Source: Malacoraja senta (Eukaryota). Taken from it: a stretch of 64,000 bases of DNA. The stretch covers positions 2,296,001 to 2,360,000 of the forward strand of contig CM075993.1 of the NCBI GenBank assembly GCA_038087875.1. Direction: 5' to 3'. A program made the translations under genes and the position numbers. The notes under the pieces were generated by a model. It was not told the origin of the DNA. It worked only from the letters and a program-made list of their open reading frames with translations, and did no database searches. Shown piece after piece: positions 13,441 through 25,217 of this stretch; the stretch's first letter is position 1; every line of letters begins with the position of its first letter.

Positions 13441-13679
13441 CAGTGTTCGAACCCTGTTCATTGCCAGGTTAACAACCTTAAAAAAGGGTTCTATCATACA
13501 GGCAAGGAAGTGAACTGGGTATTCACTATTAATCCATCCTCAACCCTAACTTTAATAACAGCCGAGCGACTGCAAAGTGGCCGAGCCTGAAACCCAATAG
13601 CAGAACCCACAAGCAGAGAGCTACAGTGCCGTCAGAAGCCATGCTCACTCATTAGCTCATTCAATGCTGCAACACGTAC

Positions 13680-13770
13680 GTTTCGACTCCAGAAATTATT
13701 GCACACTCGAAGCGCTGGGTCCGTTCTGTTGTAAACATTCCAAACATCTCGAAAGTGGCAGGTTCTGTTC
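13680..13770 (-). CDS. DUOX: DUOX coding exon 9: NRTCHFRDVWNVYNRTDPALRVCNNFWSRN
   Basis: CHF...ALRVCNN.W motif; 91 nt; AG/GT. Confidence 0.96.
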
Positions 13771-14339
13771 CTGGGAAAGTCAAAAGGAAACAAGTATTTT
13801 TATTGGTGACCATATCAGAAGTGCTTTTTCATTTTATTAACATTCAATTGTTATTAACATTGTTATTTTAATACGTTATTAGCCTCTTACACAAAGTCCA
13901 GGTAGCTTTGTTTCCTAGTACACAAGCAACATGATAATAATGGAAGATAGACACAAAAAGCTGGAGTAACTCAACGGGTCAGATAGCATCTCTGAAGAGA
14001 AGGAATAGGTGACATTTCGGGTCTAGACCATTCTTCAGACTCTTGACTCAAAACTTCACCTATTCTCCAGAGATGCTTGCCTGATCCGCTGAGTTACTCC
14101 AGCTTTTTGTGCCTATCTTTGCTGTAAACTAGCATCTGCAGTTCCTTCCTACACATGAAAATAATGGAATTGTTGACTGATCCTACATCCCAAAGACTCA
14201 CGGGTTTATTGGCCTATATAATTGCCCCCTAATGTGTAGGGAGTGGTTGAGAAAGTGGGATAACCTAGTTGATTGATGGTTGGTATGAACTCAATGGGCT
14301 GTCGGGCCTGTTTCCATGTTACAACCTCAATCAATAATA

Positions 14340-14720
14340 TTTGGGCCCCATATCTGAGGAAGGATGTGCTGGCTCTGGAGAGGGTCCAGAGGAGGTTTAC
14401 AGGAATGATTCCAGGAATGAGTGGGTTAGCATATGATAAGCGTTTGACAGCACTGGACCTGTACTCACTGGAGTTTAGAAGTTTGAGGGGGGACCTCATT
14501 GAATCTTACAGAATAATGAAAGGCATAGATAGAGTGGATGTGGAGAGGATGCTTCCACTGGTGGGAGAGTCTAGGACCAGAGGTCACAGCCTCAGAATTA
14601 AAGGATCGCTCTTTTAGAATGGAGGTGAGGAGAAACTTATTTAGTCAGAGGGTAGTTTATCAGTGGAACTCATTGCCACAGAGGGCTGTGGAGGCCAAGT
14701 CAGTGGATATTTTTAAGGCA
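14340..14720 (+). mobile_element. CR1 3' fragment (similar ones at ~7400-7880 -, 22490-22930 -, 25313-25760 +, 35527-35935 +, 50342-50590 +)
   Basis: WAPYLRKD..LERVQRRFT...RGDLIE..TRGHSLRI translation. Confidence 0.88.
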
Positions 14721-15432
14721 GGGATCAGCAAATTCAAGTTAAGTCAAGTCATGAGTCAAGTGAAGAGAGTTTATTGTCATGTGTCCCAGATAGGACAATG
14801 AAATTCTTGCTTGCTGCAGCACAACAGAATATTGTAAGCCAAATACAGAACAGTTCAGTTCAATATACACATAAATAAACAGATAAAATGCTTATAAAGT
14901 CCCATAACGAAACCCATTCTTGATTAGAATGGGTGTCATTATGGGAAGAAGGGAGGAAAATGGGATTAGGAGGCAGAGATCAGCCATGATTGAATGGCGG
15001 TGTAGACTATCTCCTATTTTGTGTGTAATGTGTAGTGTCTATGTTAGTCTATGTCCAAGATGGCGGTCGGAAGGGAAAATGGACGCTGGCGCGCTTTAAC
15101 AGCCGCTGCTCTCTCTTCCATATTGTGTTTTTGATTTTTGTTTTTGGATTTAATTCTATCTTTAATTTGTGTACTGGTGATGTCTTTGCTATTTATTTCA
15201 TTCCGCTTACATGTTTCTTGTTAAACTTTGTAAGGTGTCCTTGAGACTTTTGAAAGGCGCCCATAAATAAAATGTATTATTATTATTATTATTATCAGCC
15301 TATCTCCTTCGCTCCATAGATGCTGCTGCACCCGCTGAGTTTCTCCAGCATTTTTGTGTACCGGCAGTGTAGACTCGATGGGCCGAATGGCCTAATTCTA
15401 TTACTATAGCTTGTGAATGAGAACTTAATTAC

Positions 15433-15529
15433 CTCATGTAGACTCCTGGGGGGATCATGGAGTTAATTATTCTAATAGCAGCAGCTTGAAACTCAGGGGA
15501 AATACTGGGATCGACGTATTTCTTGTAGC
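15433..15529 (-). CDS. DUOX: DUOX coding exon 8: YKKYVDPSISPEFQAAAIRIINSMIPPGVYM
   Basis: DPSISPEF and PPGVYMR motifs; 97 nt; AG/GT. Confidence 0.97.
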
Positions 15530-15636
15530 CTACAAAAACAGAAACAGAAGACAGAAAACGTCAGTGTCAAGAACTGCATGAGATACAATATTCTGCAATT
15601 GAGTGGAACGTGTGGGCAAGGCCAGGCCATACTGAC

Positions 15637-15697
15637 CTCCATATGGAGTCACATCTTGTCCAATGAAGGCAGGTAGCCACTCGTAGTATAGGATACG
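15637..15697 (-). CDS. DUOX: DUOX coding exon 7: RILYYEWLPAFIGQDVTPYG
   Basis: YEWLP motif; 61 nt; AG/GT; phases fit neighbouring exons. Confidence 0.95.
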
Positions 15698-16162
15698 CTG
15701 GAAGATTAATGGAAAGTGTCAACAAAGTTACAACATAATCCCACGCCTCAACCTTCAATGCGGGCTATTTATTGATGGAAGAGATACGAGTATAATTCGA
15801 GCTTGCGATCAACTATCTTTACTAGGGAATTATTCCAAGCGTACGTGATCATATCGCAGCAGAGTTCGCATGTCGAAAGTGTATCCAGCTGCTCACCTCA
15901 GGAGGATTGTGCTTCCTCCCTGGTTCATGCTCAGCCTAGTAGTGTAGGAAGGAACTGCAGATGCTGGTTTACATCAAAGATAGACACAATATGCTGAAGT
16001 AACTCAGGGGGACTGGAAGCATCTCTGGAGAGAAGGAATGGGTATTCCTTTCCCTTATCCTTATTCCTTTTCTCCAGAGATGCTGCCTGACCCGCTGAGT
16101 TACTCCAGCATTTCGTGGAGAAGTTCCTCCTCACCTCCTTTCGTAAAGAGCACCCTGGAGGT

Positions 16163-16317
16163 CTTCTTCTTCTTCTTCTTCTTCTTCTTCTTCGTGCGTA
16201 CGGCGTGCACAGGCTACAGCTGTCGGTCAACTTCTTCTATTTGATCTTATGCACGCTGGGTTGATTGCATTCGTCGAAACAGGGCTGACCACGTGAAGGT
16301 TGCAATCTCCCACCCCA
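16163..16317 (-). mobile_element. Short non-autonomous retroelement with ribozyme head and (GAA)n tail
   Basis: About 10 GAA units at the 3' end; CTGGAGGT duplicated at 16155-16162 and 16318-16325. Confidence 0.7.
16263..16316 (-). ncRNA. Putative HDV-like (CPEB3-type) self-cleaving ribozyme, 54 nt
   Basis: GGGGUGG GA GAUUGCA ACC UUCACGU GGU CAGCCCU GU UUCG A CGAA UGCAAUC. P1 is 6/7 paired with G1-U, P2 7/7, P3 3/3, L3 UUCACGU, J4/2 CGAA. Confidence 0.75.
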
Positions 16318-19300
16318 CTGGAGGTTATGTTAGTGGAGACAGATGCACTTTTGAAAGCTCGGGGAAGTGAAGGCTATTTGGAACCGGCAGAGCAAAGGTG
16401 CGGCGGCCAGTGTCAGACCATCCATGATCATGTTGAGGGGCCAGGTGGAATATTCCTGCTCCTACTTTCATGTGTTCTTTCTTTATGACTCATTCTTCAT
16501 GACAAAATAGGAAGCCATCATCCACCTAAATTGCATTTTTATAACCAATCAAACGGGTGCGCAACCCTCACTCAAGTGATCCCCGCTGGTATTAATAACC
16601 TTAACCACCAGTAAATGTAGAAACAGGGAACTTGGCCAAGTTAATGGATATTTTTAAGGCAGAGATTGACTGATTATTGATTAGTACGGGTGTCAGCGGT
16701 TATGGGGAGAAGGCAGGAGAATGGGGTTGGGTGGGCGAGATAGATCAGCCATGAATGAATGGCGGAGTAGACTTGATGGCCCGAATGGCCTAATTCTGCT
16801 CCTATAACTAATGAACTGCAGATGCTGGTTTACCAAGGAAAGACACAAAATGCTTGGAGTAACTCAGCGGATCAGGCAGCTTCCGTGGAGAACAGGGAGA
16901 GGTGATGTTTTGGGTCTGGACACTTCTTCAGACTTACGCTAGAAGAAGATCAGTCTTCCATGGTAAGGTCCCAACCCGAAACGTCACACATTCTCCAGAG
17001 ATGTTGCCTGACCCGATACTTTGCTTCAGCATTTTGTGTCCACCCATTGCACAATTACTCATGCTTTTACAGTATAAAGAATAATTAAAAGGTCTAAAAT
17101 GATTTCAGTGCCATTTAGAGAAGCATTTAAACTTCAGTCTTGTTTTGGAGTTGCCCAACAGGTTAAGTGGGTTTGACTCAAAGGATATTTCAGTTCCAAG
17201 CCTGAGGTCTTTCACCATCAATCTCAGATTTCTCGTCATGCTCTTTTACTATTCAAAGCAGTTCCAGCTTTCTTATTCAGTGATCCATGATTTAATTGCC
17301 TCTCACTCTGTGTCTCGCTTTATAAATGCAACTCGTATTCCAACTGAATAATTTGCCATTGTGTGGAAAGTCGTGAGACAGTGGTCTCGTAGTTCGGCAT
17401 TGTTGGAGCTGAGGATTTTATTATTTCGCTCCAAGTTTCGAAATCCCTTTCTCCTTTTTGTTCACTGCCTGGACTCTAGCTGGTTCCTTGACAATTGGTC
17501 CTTGTCCCTCAAAAGACTGGGCGGTGCGTGATGAGAAAGCCAATGTGAAGAGCTCTCAAATCTCACAAAATCCAAACAGTTCGGTAAAACTGTAACGCAT
17601 GAGTCCTAGCGTGCATGAATCAATGAAGGAAGATTCTTGGCCCATCATGCTTGCTCTTTCAACAGACAAATGAATTGGCTTTTCTCCCTTGATCATTTAC
17701 CAAACCTCCACACTATTTTCTCTACGTAGTTAAGGTTGTTTAGTTTAGTTTGGTTTAGAGATACAGTCCCTTCGGCCCACCAGATCCTCGCTGACCAGCG
17801 ATCCCTGCACATTAGCACTATCCTACACACACTAGGGCCAATTTTTTTCATTTACCAAGCCAATTAACCTACAAACCTGTACGTCTTGAGAGTGTGGGAG
17901 GAAACGGAAGATCTTGGAGAAAACCCACGCAGGTCAGGGGGAGAACGTACAAACTCCGTACAGACAGCGCCGGGATCGAACCCGGGTCTCCGGCGCTGCA
18001 TTCACTGTAAGGCAGCAACTCTACCGCTGCGCCATAGCGCCGCCATGTAGCTTATTAATCCATTGTTGGAATATGGTCACTGCAAGTGTGCTTATGATGG
18101 TTACTGCTTCATTGTTAAGGTTGCTTCTGAATCTGTATTAATAAACCAGTCAGATAGAGAAGTAAAACTCATAACCTCTCATGGACCAAACAAATGGGTG
18201 GCACGGTGGCATAGCAGTCCCACAGTGTCATTGACCTGGGTTCCATCGTGACCTTCGGTGCAATCAGCACTGTTCTCCTTGTGACCACATGGGATTTCTA
18301 CGGGTATTCTGATCTCCTCCCACATGGCAAAGACATGGCGCTTGGTATGTTAACTGGCCTCTGTAAATTGCTGCTGATGGGGCGGTGGGACTGATGGGAT
18401 TGCCCCCCTGTGAACTGGCATGGTCCCAAAGGGCAGAATGGCCTCCTCCTGTGTTACAACGTAGAACAGTACAGCACAAGAACACGCCCGTAAGCCGGCA
18501 ATATCTATGCCGAACTTGAGGCCAAACCCATCACCCATCTACCTGCATATAACCCATATCCCTCCATTCCTTTTATATCCGTATCCGTATCCATGTTTTA
18601 CGATAAATACAGATCTATATTGATCTCACTGGCAGCATTCCATAACCTTATGCCAAATATTTATACAATTGTATCATGTATCAATAGTTTTACTTCAACC
18701 AATCCGTGTGACATAGTATACCTTACTCTGCCAAATCTTTCCTCACCCTCTTACAATTTGAAATTAATATGTCACATTTATTGGCTTATTTCCAAATCAA
18801 AACATCTCACAATACCACAATGGCGCAGCGGTAGAGTTGCTGCCTCACAGCGCCAGAGACCCAGGTTCAATCCTGACAATGGGTGCTGTCTGTACGGAGT
18901 TTGTATGTTCTCCCTGTGACCGTGTGGGTTTTCTCTGGGTGCTCCGGTTTCCTCCCACATCCCAATGATGTGCAGGGTGTAGGTTATTTGGCTTCTGTAA
19001 ATTGCCCCCAGTGTGTAGGTTGCTAAACTGGGATAGCATAGAACTAGTACACATGTGGTTGTTGGTCGGTGTGGACTCGGTGGGCTAAAGGGCTTATTTC
19101 CCAGCTGTATCTCTAAACCACACTAAACTAAGTATCATAGATGTTCATCAGTACATATTGACATGAAATGTCAACTCTCCATGTTCTCCAGGGATGCTGC
19201 CTGACCTGCTGAGTTACTCCAGCACTTTGCATCTATTTTTGTAAACCAGCATCTACAGTTCCTGGTTTCTTCACAATATGTAACGTTTTTCTACAATTTC

Positions 19301-19734
19301 TTTCTGAATTACAAAATCGAAGGTAGACAGAAATGCTGGAGAAACTCAGCGGGTGAGGCAGCATCTATGGAGCGAAGGAATAGGTGACGTTTCGCCCGCT
19401 GAGTTTCTCCAGCATTTTTGTCTACTCTCAATTACTTTAATATGTTTTGTGCAATGAGTTTCTCAGAACTGGGAAGGTGCAAAAAATAAAACGCTGCCAT
19501 TTTGCGGATAAAATATCCTTACTGCTGTGCTCTGAAGCCATAATTACAAAATCAATTACAAAAGACCCTCACATCAGTCCGAAGAAGGGTTTTCAGCCCG
19601 AAACGTTGCCTATTACCTTCTCTCCATAGATGCTGCCTTACCCGTTGAGTTTCTCCAGCATTTCTGTCTACCTTCGATTTTCCAGCATCTACAGTTCCTT
19701 CTTAAACACTACAAAATCAATATTCTTTTGTGTT

Positions 19735-20090
19735 TCATAGATACATAGATACATAGAAAATAGGTGCAGGAGTAGGCCATTCGGCCCTTCGAGCCTGCAC
19801 CGCCATTCAATACGATCATGGCTGATCATCCAACTCAGTATCCCGTACCTGCCTTCTCTCCATACCCCCTGATCCCTTTAGCCACAAGGGCCACATCTAA
19901 CTCCCTCTTAAATATAGCCAATGAACTGGCCTCAACTACCCTCTGTGGCAGAGAGTTCCAGAGATTCACCACTCTCTGTGTGAAAAAGTTTTTCCTCATC
20001 TCGGTCTTAAAGGATTTCCCCCTTATCCTTAAGCTGTGACCCCTTGTCCTGGACTTCCCCAACATCGGGAACAATCTTCCTGCATCTAGC
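19735..20090 (-). mobile_element. 5'-truncated CR1 of the same young subfamily as the full-length copy
   Basis: Translation identical to the C-terminus of ORF 42531-44270; same octamer tail. Confidence 0.92.
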
Positions 20091-20859
20091 ATCTGCCTTC
20101 ATCCATTTGTGTTTGAATTTGAAGCTTCCGGAAAACGTAACATGGAAACGCAAGGATAGGTGATATGCCTAATCCTCTACCCATTCATTTTTGCAATCCA
20201 ATGCCCACACCTCTCTTATAGACACAACAAGCTGTAGTAACTCAGCCGGTTGGACTGCATCTCTGGAGAAAAGGTGATGTTTTAGGTCAAGGAAATTCTC
20301 AGTAATTGAATATTTACTCCACTCCCAGGTTGAGAATTCTAAAAATCCACAGCCCTCTAAATAAACAAATTCTTCCTCACCTAGGTATTAAAGGGCCAGC
20401 TCCCTATCCCTAGTTTGTGCTCCATAGTTTCAAGTCTCCAGGCTGTAGCAAGCGGCTTCATGAGGTATATCCCGCTAGACCACTTACTACTGGTGTAAAT
20501 CACCTCTCATTCTTCTTCATTACATTGAGTTGCACACAGCTGATCTCATTCATTCTCTTTTCATAGTTCAACACTCATCCCAAGAAACAAATAACAAAGC
20601 CTTTGCTGGTCTGAGTTTTATATCCTACAAAAAAAAGACAAAATGCTGGAGTAACTCCGCGGTTCTGGCAACATTTCTGGAGAACATGGATCGGTGACCT
20701 TATCTATGCCCCCCGCGATCTTATAAACCTCTATAAGGTCACCTATCCGCCTCCGCTGCTCCAGGGAATAAAGATCCAGCATGCCCGACCTCAAGACAAA
20801 CCCTCCAGCACCAGTAACATCCTTGTAAATCTTTTTTTGCACCTTTTCAAGTTTAATGA

Positions 20860-21118
20860 CCTTTGCGGTTGCAGCTCCTAGACTGTGGAACAGCATCCCT
20901 CTTCCCATCAGAACTGCCCCCTCCATCGACTCTTTTAAGTCGAGACTTAAAACTCATCATTACTCTCAAGCCTTTCTTGACGTCCTCTGAGGGAGGGCTA
21001 CATGTATGTATTTATGTATGTACTTAATCTATGAACCACTGTTGTATAACGTTAGTAACTCCACCAATGTTTTTTAAATGTGCTATAGAAATAAAAGTGA
21101 CTTGACTTGACTTGACTT
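20860..21118 (+). mobile_element. L2-clade LINE 3' end (shorter copy ~23400-23578)
   Basis: FAVAAPRLWNSIPLPIRTAPSIDSFKSRLKTH translation and (TTGAC)n tail. Confidence 0.8.
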
Positions 21119-22273
21119 TAAACTGATTAGCTCATCTATGAGTAGGAAGGAACTGCAGATGCTGGTTTAAATTGAAAATAGACACAAAATGCTGGAGTAT
21201 CTCAGCGGGACAGGCAGCATCTCTGGAGAGAAGGAATGGGTGAAGAAGGGTCTCGACCCAAAACGTCACCCATTCCTTCTCTCCAGAGATGCTGCCTCAC
21301 CCGCTGAGTTACTCCAGCATTTTGTGACTACCTTCGATTTAAACCAGCATCTGCAGTTCTTTCTTACAAAATCTGATTTCTGTGTAATGTTAAATCCTAT
21401 ACCTAATGTTAATCTCATTCACTCAAAGTTCGAACATAGAACATGGAGCCACGCAGCACAGAAACAGGTCTTTGGGCACACAGGGAACATGATGCCAAGT
21501 TAAACTAATTCTCTCTGTCTGCACATGATCCATATCCACACCATTCCCTGCATATCCATGTGCCAAAAAGCCCATGAAACACCACTATCATATGTTCCTG
21601 GCAGCAAGTTGTACAAATTCTCAAAACAAAGTGAAGCAAAGATGTTCGGACTCAAAGTCTGAAATTCAATGAACGTTGTAGATCCCAAATGTGAATTGGG
21701 TAGATAAAGTTTACAGATATGTTCGGTCTGACTGGACATCAACCTGGTCTAAATTGTATAAAATGTTAAAATCCTTGACAAATGAAAAGCTCCACATTGA
21801 AAGATGGTTGATAGTAGAAAGTAAGTACCAGATGAGATAGTTAAGGCAGGTACTATAACAGTGTTTAAAAAACACTTGGACAGGTATATGGATAGGAAAG
21901 GTTTAGAGGGACATGGGCCAAACGTGGGCAAATGGGCCAAGTTTAGATGGTGGGTATGGACAAGTTGGGCCGAAATACCTGTTTACTCCGTGTATGACTA
22001 TGATATCTGTGTAGCTGTAAATGGTTAAATGATAAACACTGTAAACATGGATGCTAAAACGGTACTAATGCATGGGATCTCGATTGACAATATGTCAGAT
22101 ACAATATGACAACCGAATAACAATATGTCAGGTCTGAAGCAGAATCCTGACCTGAAACGCATCCTTTTTCTCCAGAGATACTCCAGCACTTTGTGTCTGT
22201 CTTTGGCAGATGCCACATTCAGGGAACGATCTGAGCGAAGCTCAGGAAGGCGAGCTCCTTGGTTTATAATTAC

Positions 22274-22440
22274 CTGGAAGGTTCCAATCACCATTTTCCT
22301 TGCATTCTGGAACAACTCTTCATCTGTCCTCGAGAGGTTCTGGCCTTTGAGTTGCGACGCTAGGTAATTGTGGTATCGGAACCAGATGATGTTTTGAGCT
22401 CTGAGGAAGGGACTCTCGTTTGCTTTTGCGTTTCCAAAAT
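22274..22440 (-). CDS. DUOX: DUOX coding exon 6: FGNAKANESPFL...WFRYHN...DEELFQNARKMVIGTFQ
   Basis: WFRYHN and DEELFQ.AR motifs; 167 nt; AG/GT. Confidence 0.97.
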
Positions 22441-23057
22441 CTGTTAGCAAGATACAAGCCAAGCAAAATTAGATCACAACAATCTGATAGCTTCATAAGT
22501 CACAGGAGTAGGATGAGGCCATTTGGCACACCAAGTCTACTTCGCCATTCAATCGTGGCTGATCTATCTTTTCCCTCTCAACCCCAATCTCCCCTTAACC
22601 TTTGACACCCATACTAATTAAGAACTTGTCAATCTCTGCTTTTAAAACCCATACCCACTGACCTGGCCTCCACAGCCTTCTGTGGCAATGAAATCCACAG
22701 ATTAACCACCCTCTGACTAAAGAAATTCCTCCTCATCTCCTTCCTAAAGGAACTACCTTTAATTCTGAGGCTGTGACCTCTAGTCCTAGACTCTCCCACT
22801 AGTGGGAACATCATCTCCACATCCACTCTATCCAAGCCTTTCATTGTTTGGTAAGTTTCAAAAGAGATTCCGCCTCATCCTTCTAAATTCCAGCGAGTAC
22901 AGGCCCAGTGCCTTCAAACGCTCATCATATTCTATCGTTTATCAATTTTAACCCTGTCCACAGAATGTTTAAAAATACCTTGGACTAAAATACCTGGTAT
23001 CCCACGGCCCCAGAAGAAAGGCTCTTACAAGTCACAGTGAGGAGTGGAACTAATTAC

Positions 23058-23259
23058 CATAAAGTCCCTGGAGTCCATTTTCTTTGGTTGCTGGGTCTAC
23101 AAATTTCCACAAGCGAATCAACCCAAGACTTTGCCTCGGCGACATTTCGTCCGTTCCATAGGCCAGACGTCCATCAGTGAAGCCGCGCAGAGCATCACTC
23201 CAGGAATGAGAGGATCCGTAGATGGAACTTCCGTCGATCCAGGTGGTGACGTGGTTTAT
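23058..23259 (-). CDS. DUOX: DUOX coding exon 5: INHVTTWIDGSSIYGSSHSWSDALR...GLQGLY
   Basis: Hand translation gives the DGS.IYGSSHSWSDALR motif; 202 nt; AG/GT. Confidence 0.97.
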
Positions 23260-25029
23260 CTGAAAGGAGACGGTGGGAAGTCATATGTTCTAGGAGCAGA
23301 ATTTGGCCATTCGGCCCATCGAATCTACACCGCCATTCAATCATGGCTGATGTATCTCTTCCTCTTATCCCCATTCTCCTGCCTTTTCCCCTTAACCCCT
23401 GACACTTATCTATACTCCCAAGCCTTTCCTGACGTCCTCTGAGTGAGGGCTACATGTATATATGTATGTAGTTTGTTTTGTTTATGCTATTCTTATAACA
23501 AATGTAAAGCACTTTGGCCAACGAGAGTTGTTTATTAAATGTGCTATATAAATAAATGTGACTTGACTTGACTTGACACCCGTACTAATCAAGAATCTAT
23601 CCATCTCTGCCTTAAAAATATTCATCGATTTGGCATCCGCAGCCTTCCATGGCAAAGAATTCCAAAGTTGGATGTAAGATATCACGCACAAATGTTCTGT
23701 GTCATCAGGTTTTGTGAATAGAGAAGTCTTTCTTAAACTATTTAAGAAGGAACTGCAGATGCTGGAAAATCGAAGGTAGACAAAAGTACTGGAGACACTC
23801 AGCGGGTGCAGCAGCATCTATGGAGCAAAGGAAATAGGCAACGTTTTGGCCCGAAACGTTGCCTATTTCCTTCGCTCCATAGAAGAAGAGTTTCAGCCCG
23901 AAACGTTGCCTATTTCCTTCGCTCCATAGATGCTGCTGCACCCGCTGAGTTTCTCCAATACTTTTGTCTACCTTCTTTCTTAAACTAATTTGTCCCGAGC
24001 AACGAGGGAGTGTTTTCTATCACCACACCCACCGTTTGTATTGTTCTCTCATGTGACTTGGCCCCCAGAAGCAGAATTATACTATCAATAATTCTTATTC
24101 TGCAAGGCAGGCAAAGGTTCAGCCAAGTATTGGATGTAACTCACACCATAATCCCATTGTTAAAATGGAAGGTAAAGATGAAGCTTTAAATGCCTGCTCA
24201 AACAAGTACAATAGAACCAGTAATGAGAGATTACAGCCTGCAGATGCTTGAATCTTGATCAAAATACAAGGTGCTGGAGGACAGGCCCAAAAAGCCCGAG
24301 TAACTCAGCGGGTCAGGCAGCATCTCTGGAGAAATGGAATAGGTGACGTTTCGGATCAAGGTCTGAAGAAGGGTCTCGACCCGAAACGTCACCCAGTCCT
24401 TTCTCTCCCGAGAAGCTGCCTGTCAGGGGAAAGACAATTGGAGGGAATGTAGTAACAAGGAACAGCAGATGCTGGTTTGTACCAAAGATAGACACAAAGT
24501 GCTGGAGTAAGTCAGCGGATCGGGCAGCAACCCTAGAGAACATGAATACTCCAGCATTTTTTGTTTGTACAGATCTCCAACCACTTCCAAAATCTCATCA
24601 AAGACTAGAAGCCCAATTGGAGAGAATGTAAGTTGGAGATCTGTACATCTGTCTTCAGATCCATTTCCGGTAACATTTTAAGGGCGGGACAGTGGCTCAG
24701 CAGTAGAGTTGCTGCCTCACAGCACCAGAGACCCGGGTTCAATCCTGACTAAGGCTGCTGTCCTTACGGAGTTTTACGTTCTCCCTGTGACCGCGTGGGT
24801 TTTCTCCGGGAGCTCCGGTTCCGTGCCACACTCCATGGACGTACAGGTTTGTAGGTAAATAGGCTTTGTTAAAATATTGTAAATTGTCCCTCGTTTGTAG
24901 GATAGTGCTAGTGTACGGGTGATCGCTGGTCGCTGCTCAGCAAGGACTCGGTGGCCCGAAGGGCCTGTTTCTGCGCTGTATCTCTCGTCTTGATCAACAT
25001 TGGCATCGCGCTCTTGTCTCTTGTCTCAC

Positions 25030-25217
25030 CTGCTGCCGGGGGTTGTTTGGGCTTTGTCCCGAGCTGGTAGTCCACCGTGAGCGCAGGAAAGGCAGCTCCA
25101 CCCTCCCCGTGCTGTTGCGGTCAAAAATCGGGTCCCCACGAGGGACCTGAATATTTAGAAATTCCGCAGGGCACCCAGTTCCAACCACTTCCAAAATCTC
25201 ATCAAAGACTAGAAGCC
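25030..25217 (-). CDS. DUOX: DUOX coding exon 4: LLVFDEILEVVGTGCPAEFLNI...GQSPNNPRQQ
   Basis: GCPAEFLNI and SPNNPR motifs; 188 nt; AG/GT. Confidence 0.97.

Noticed and set aside
17100..17620. Unique purine-biased intron segment (also 15780-15940) as nested exons
   Set aside because: Stops in the frames I translated and no recognisable protein.
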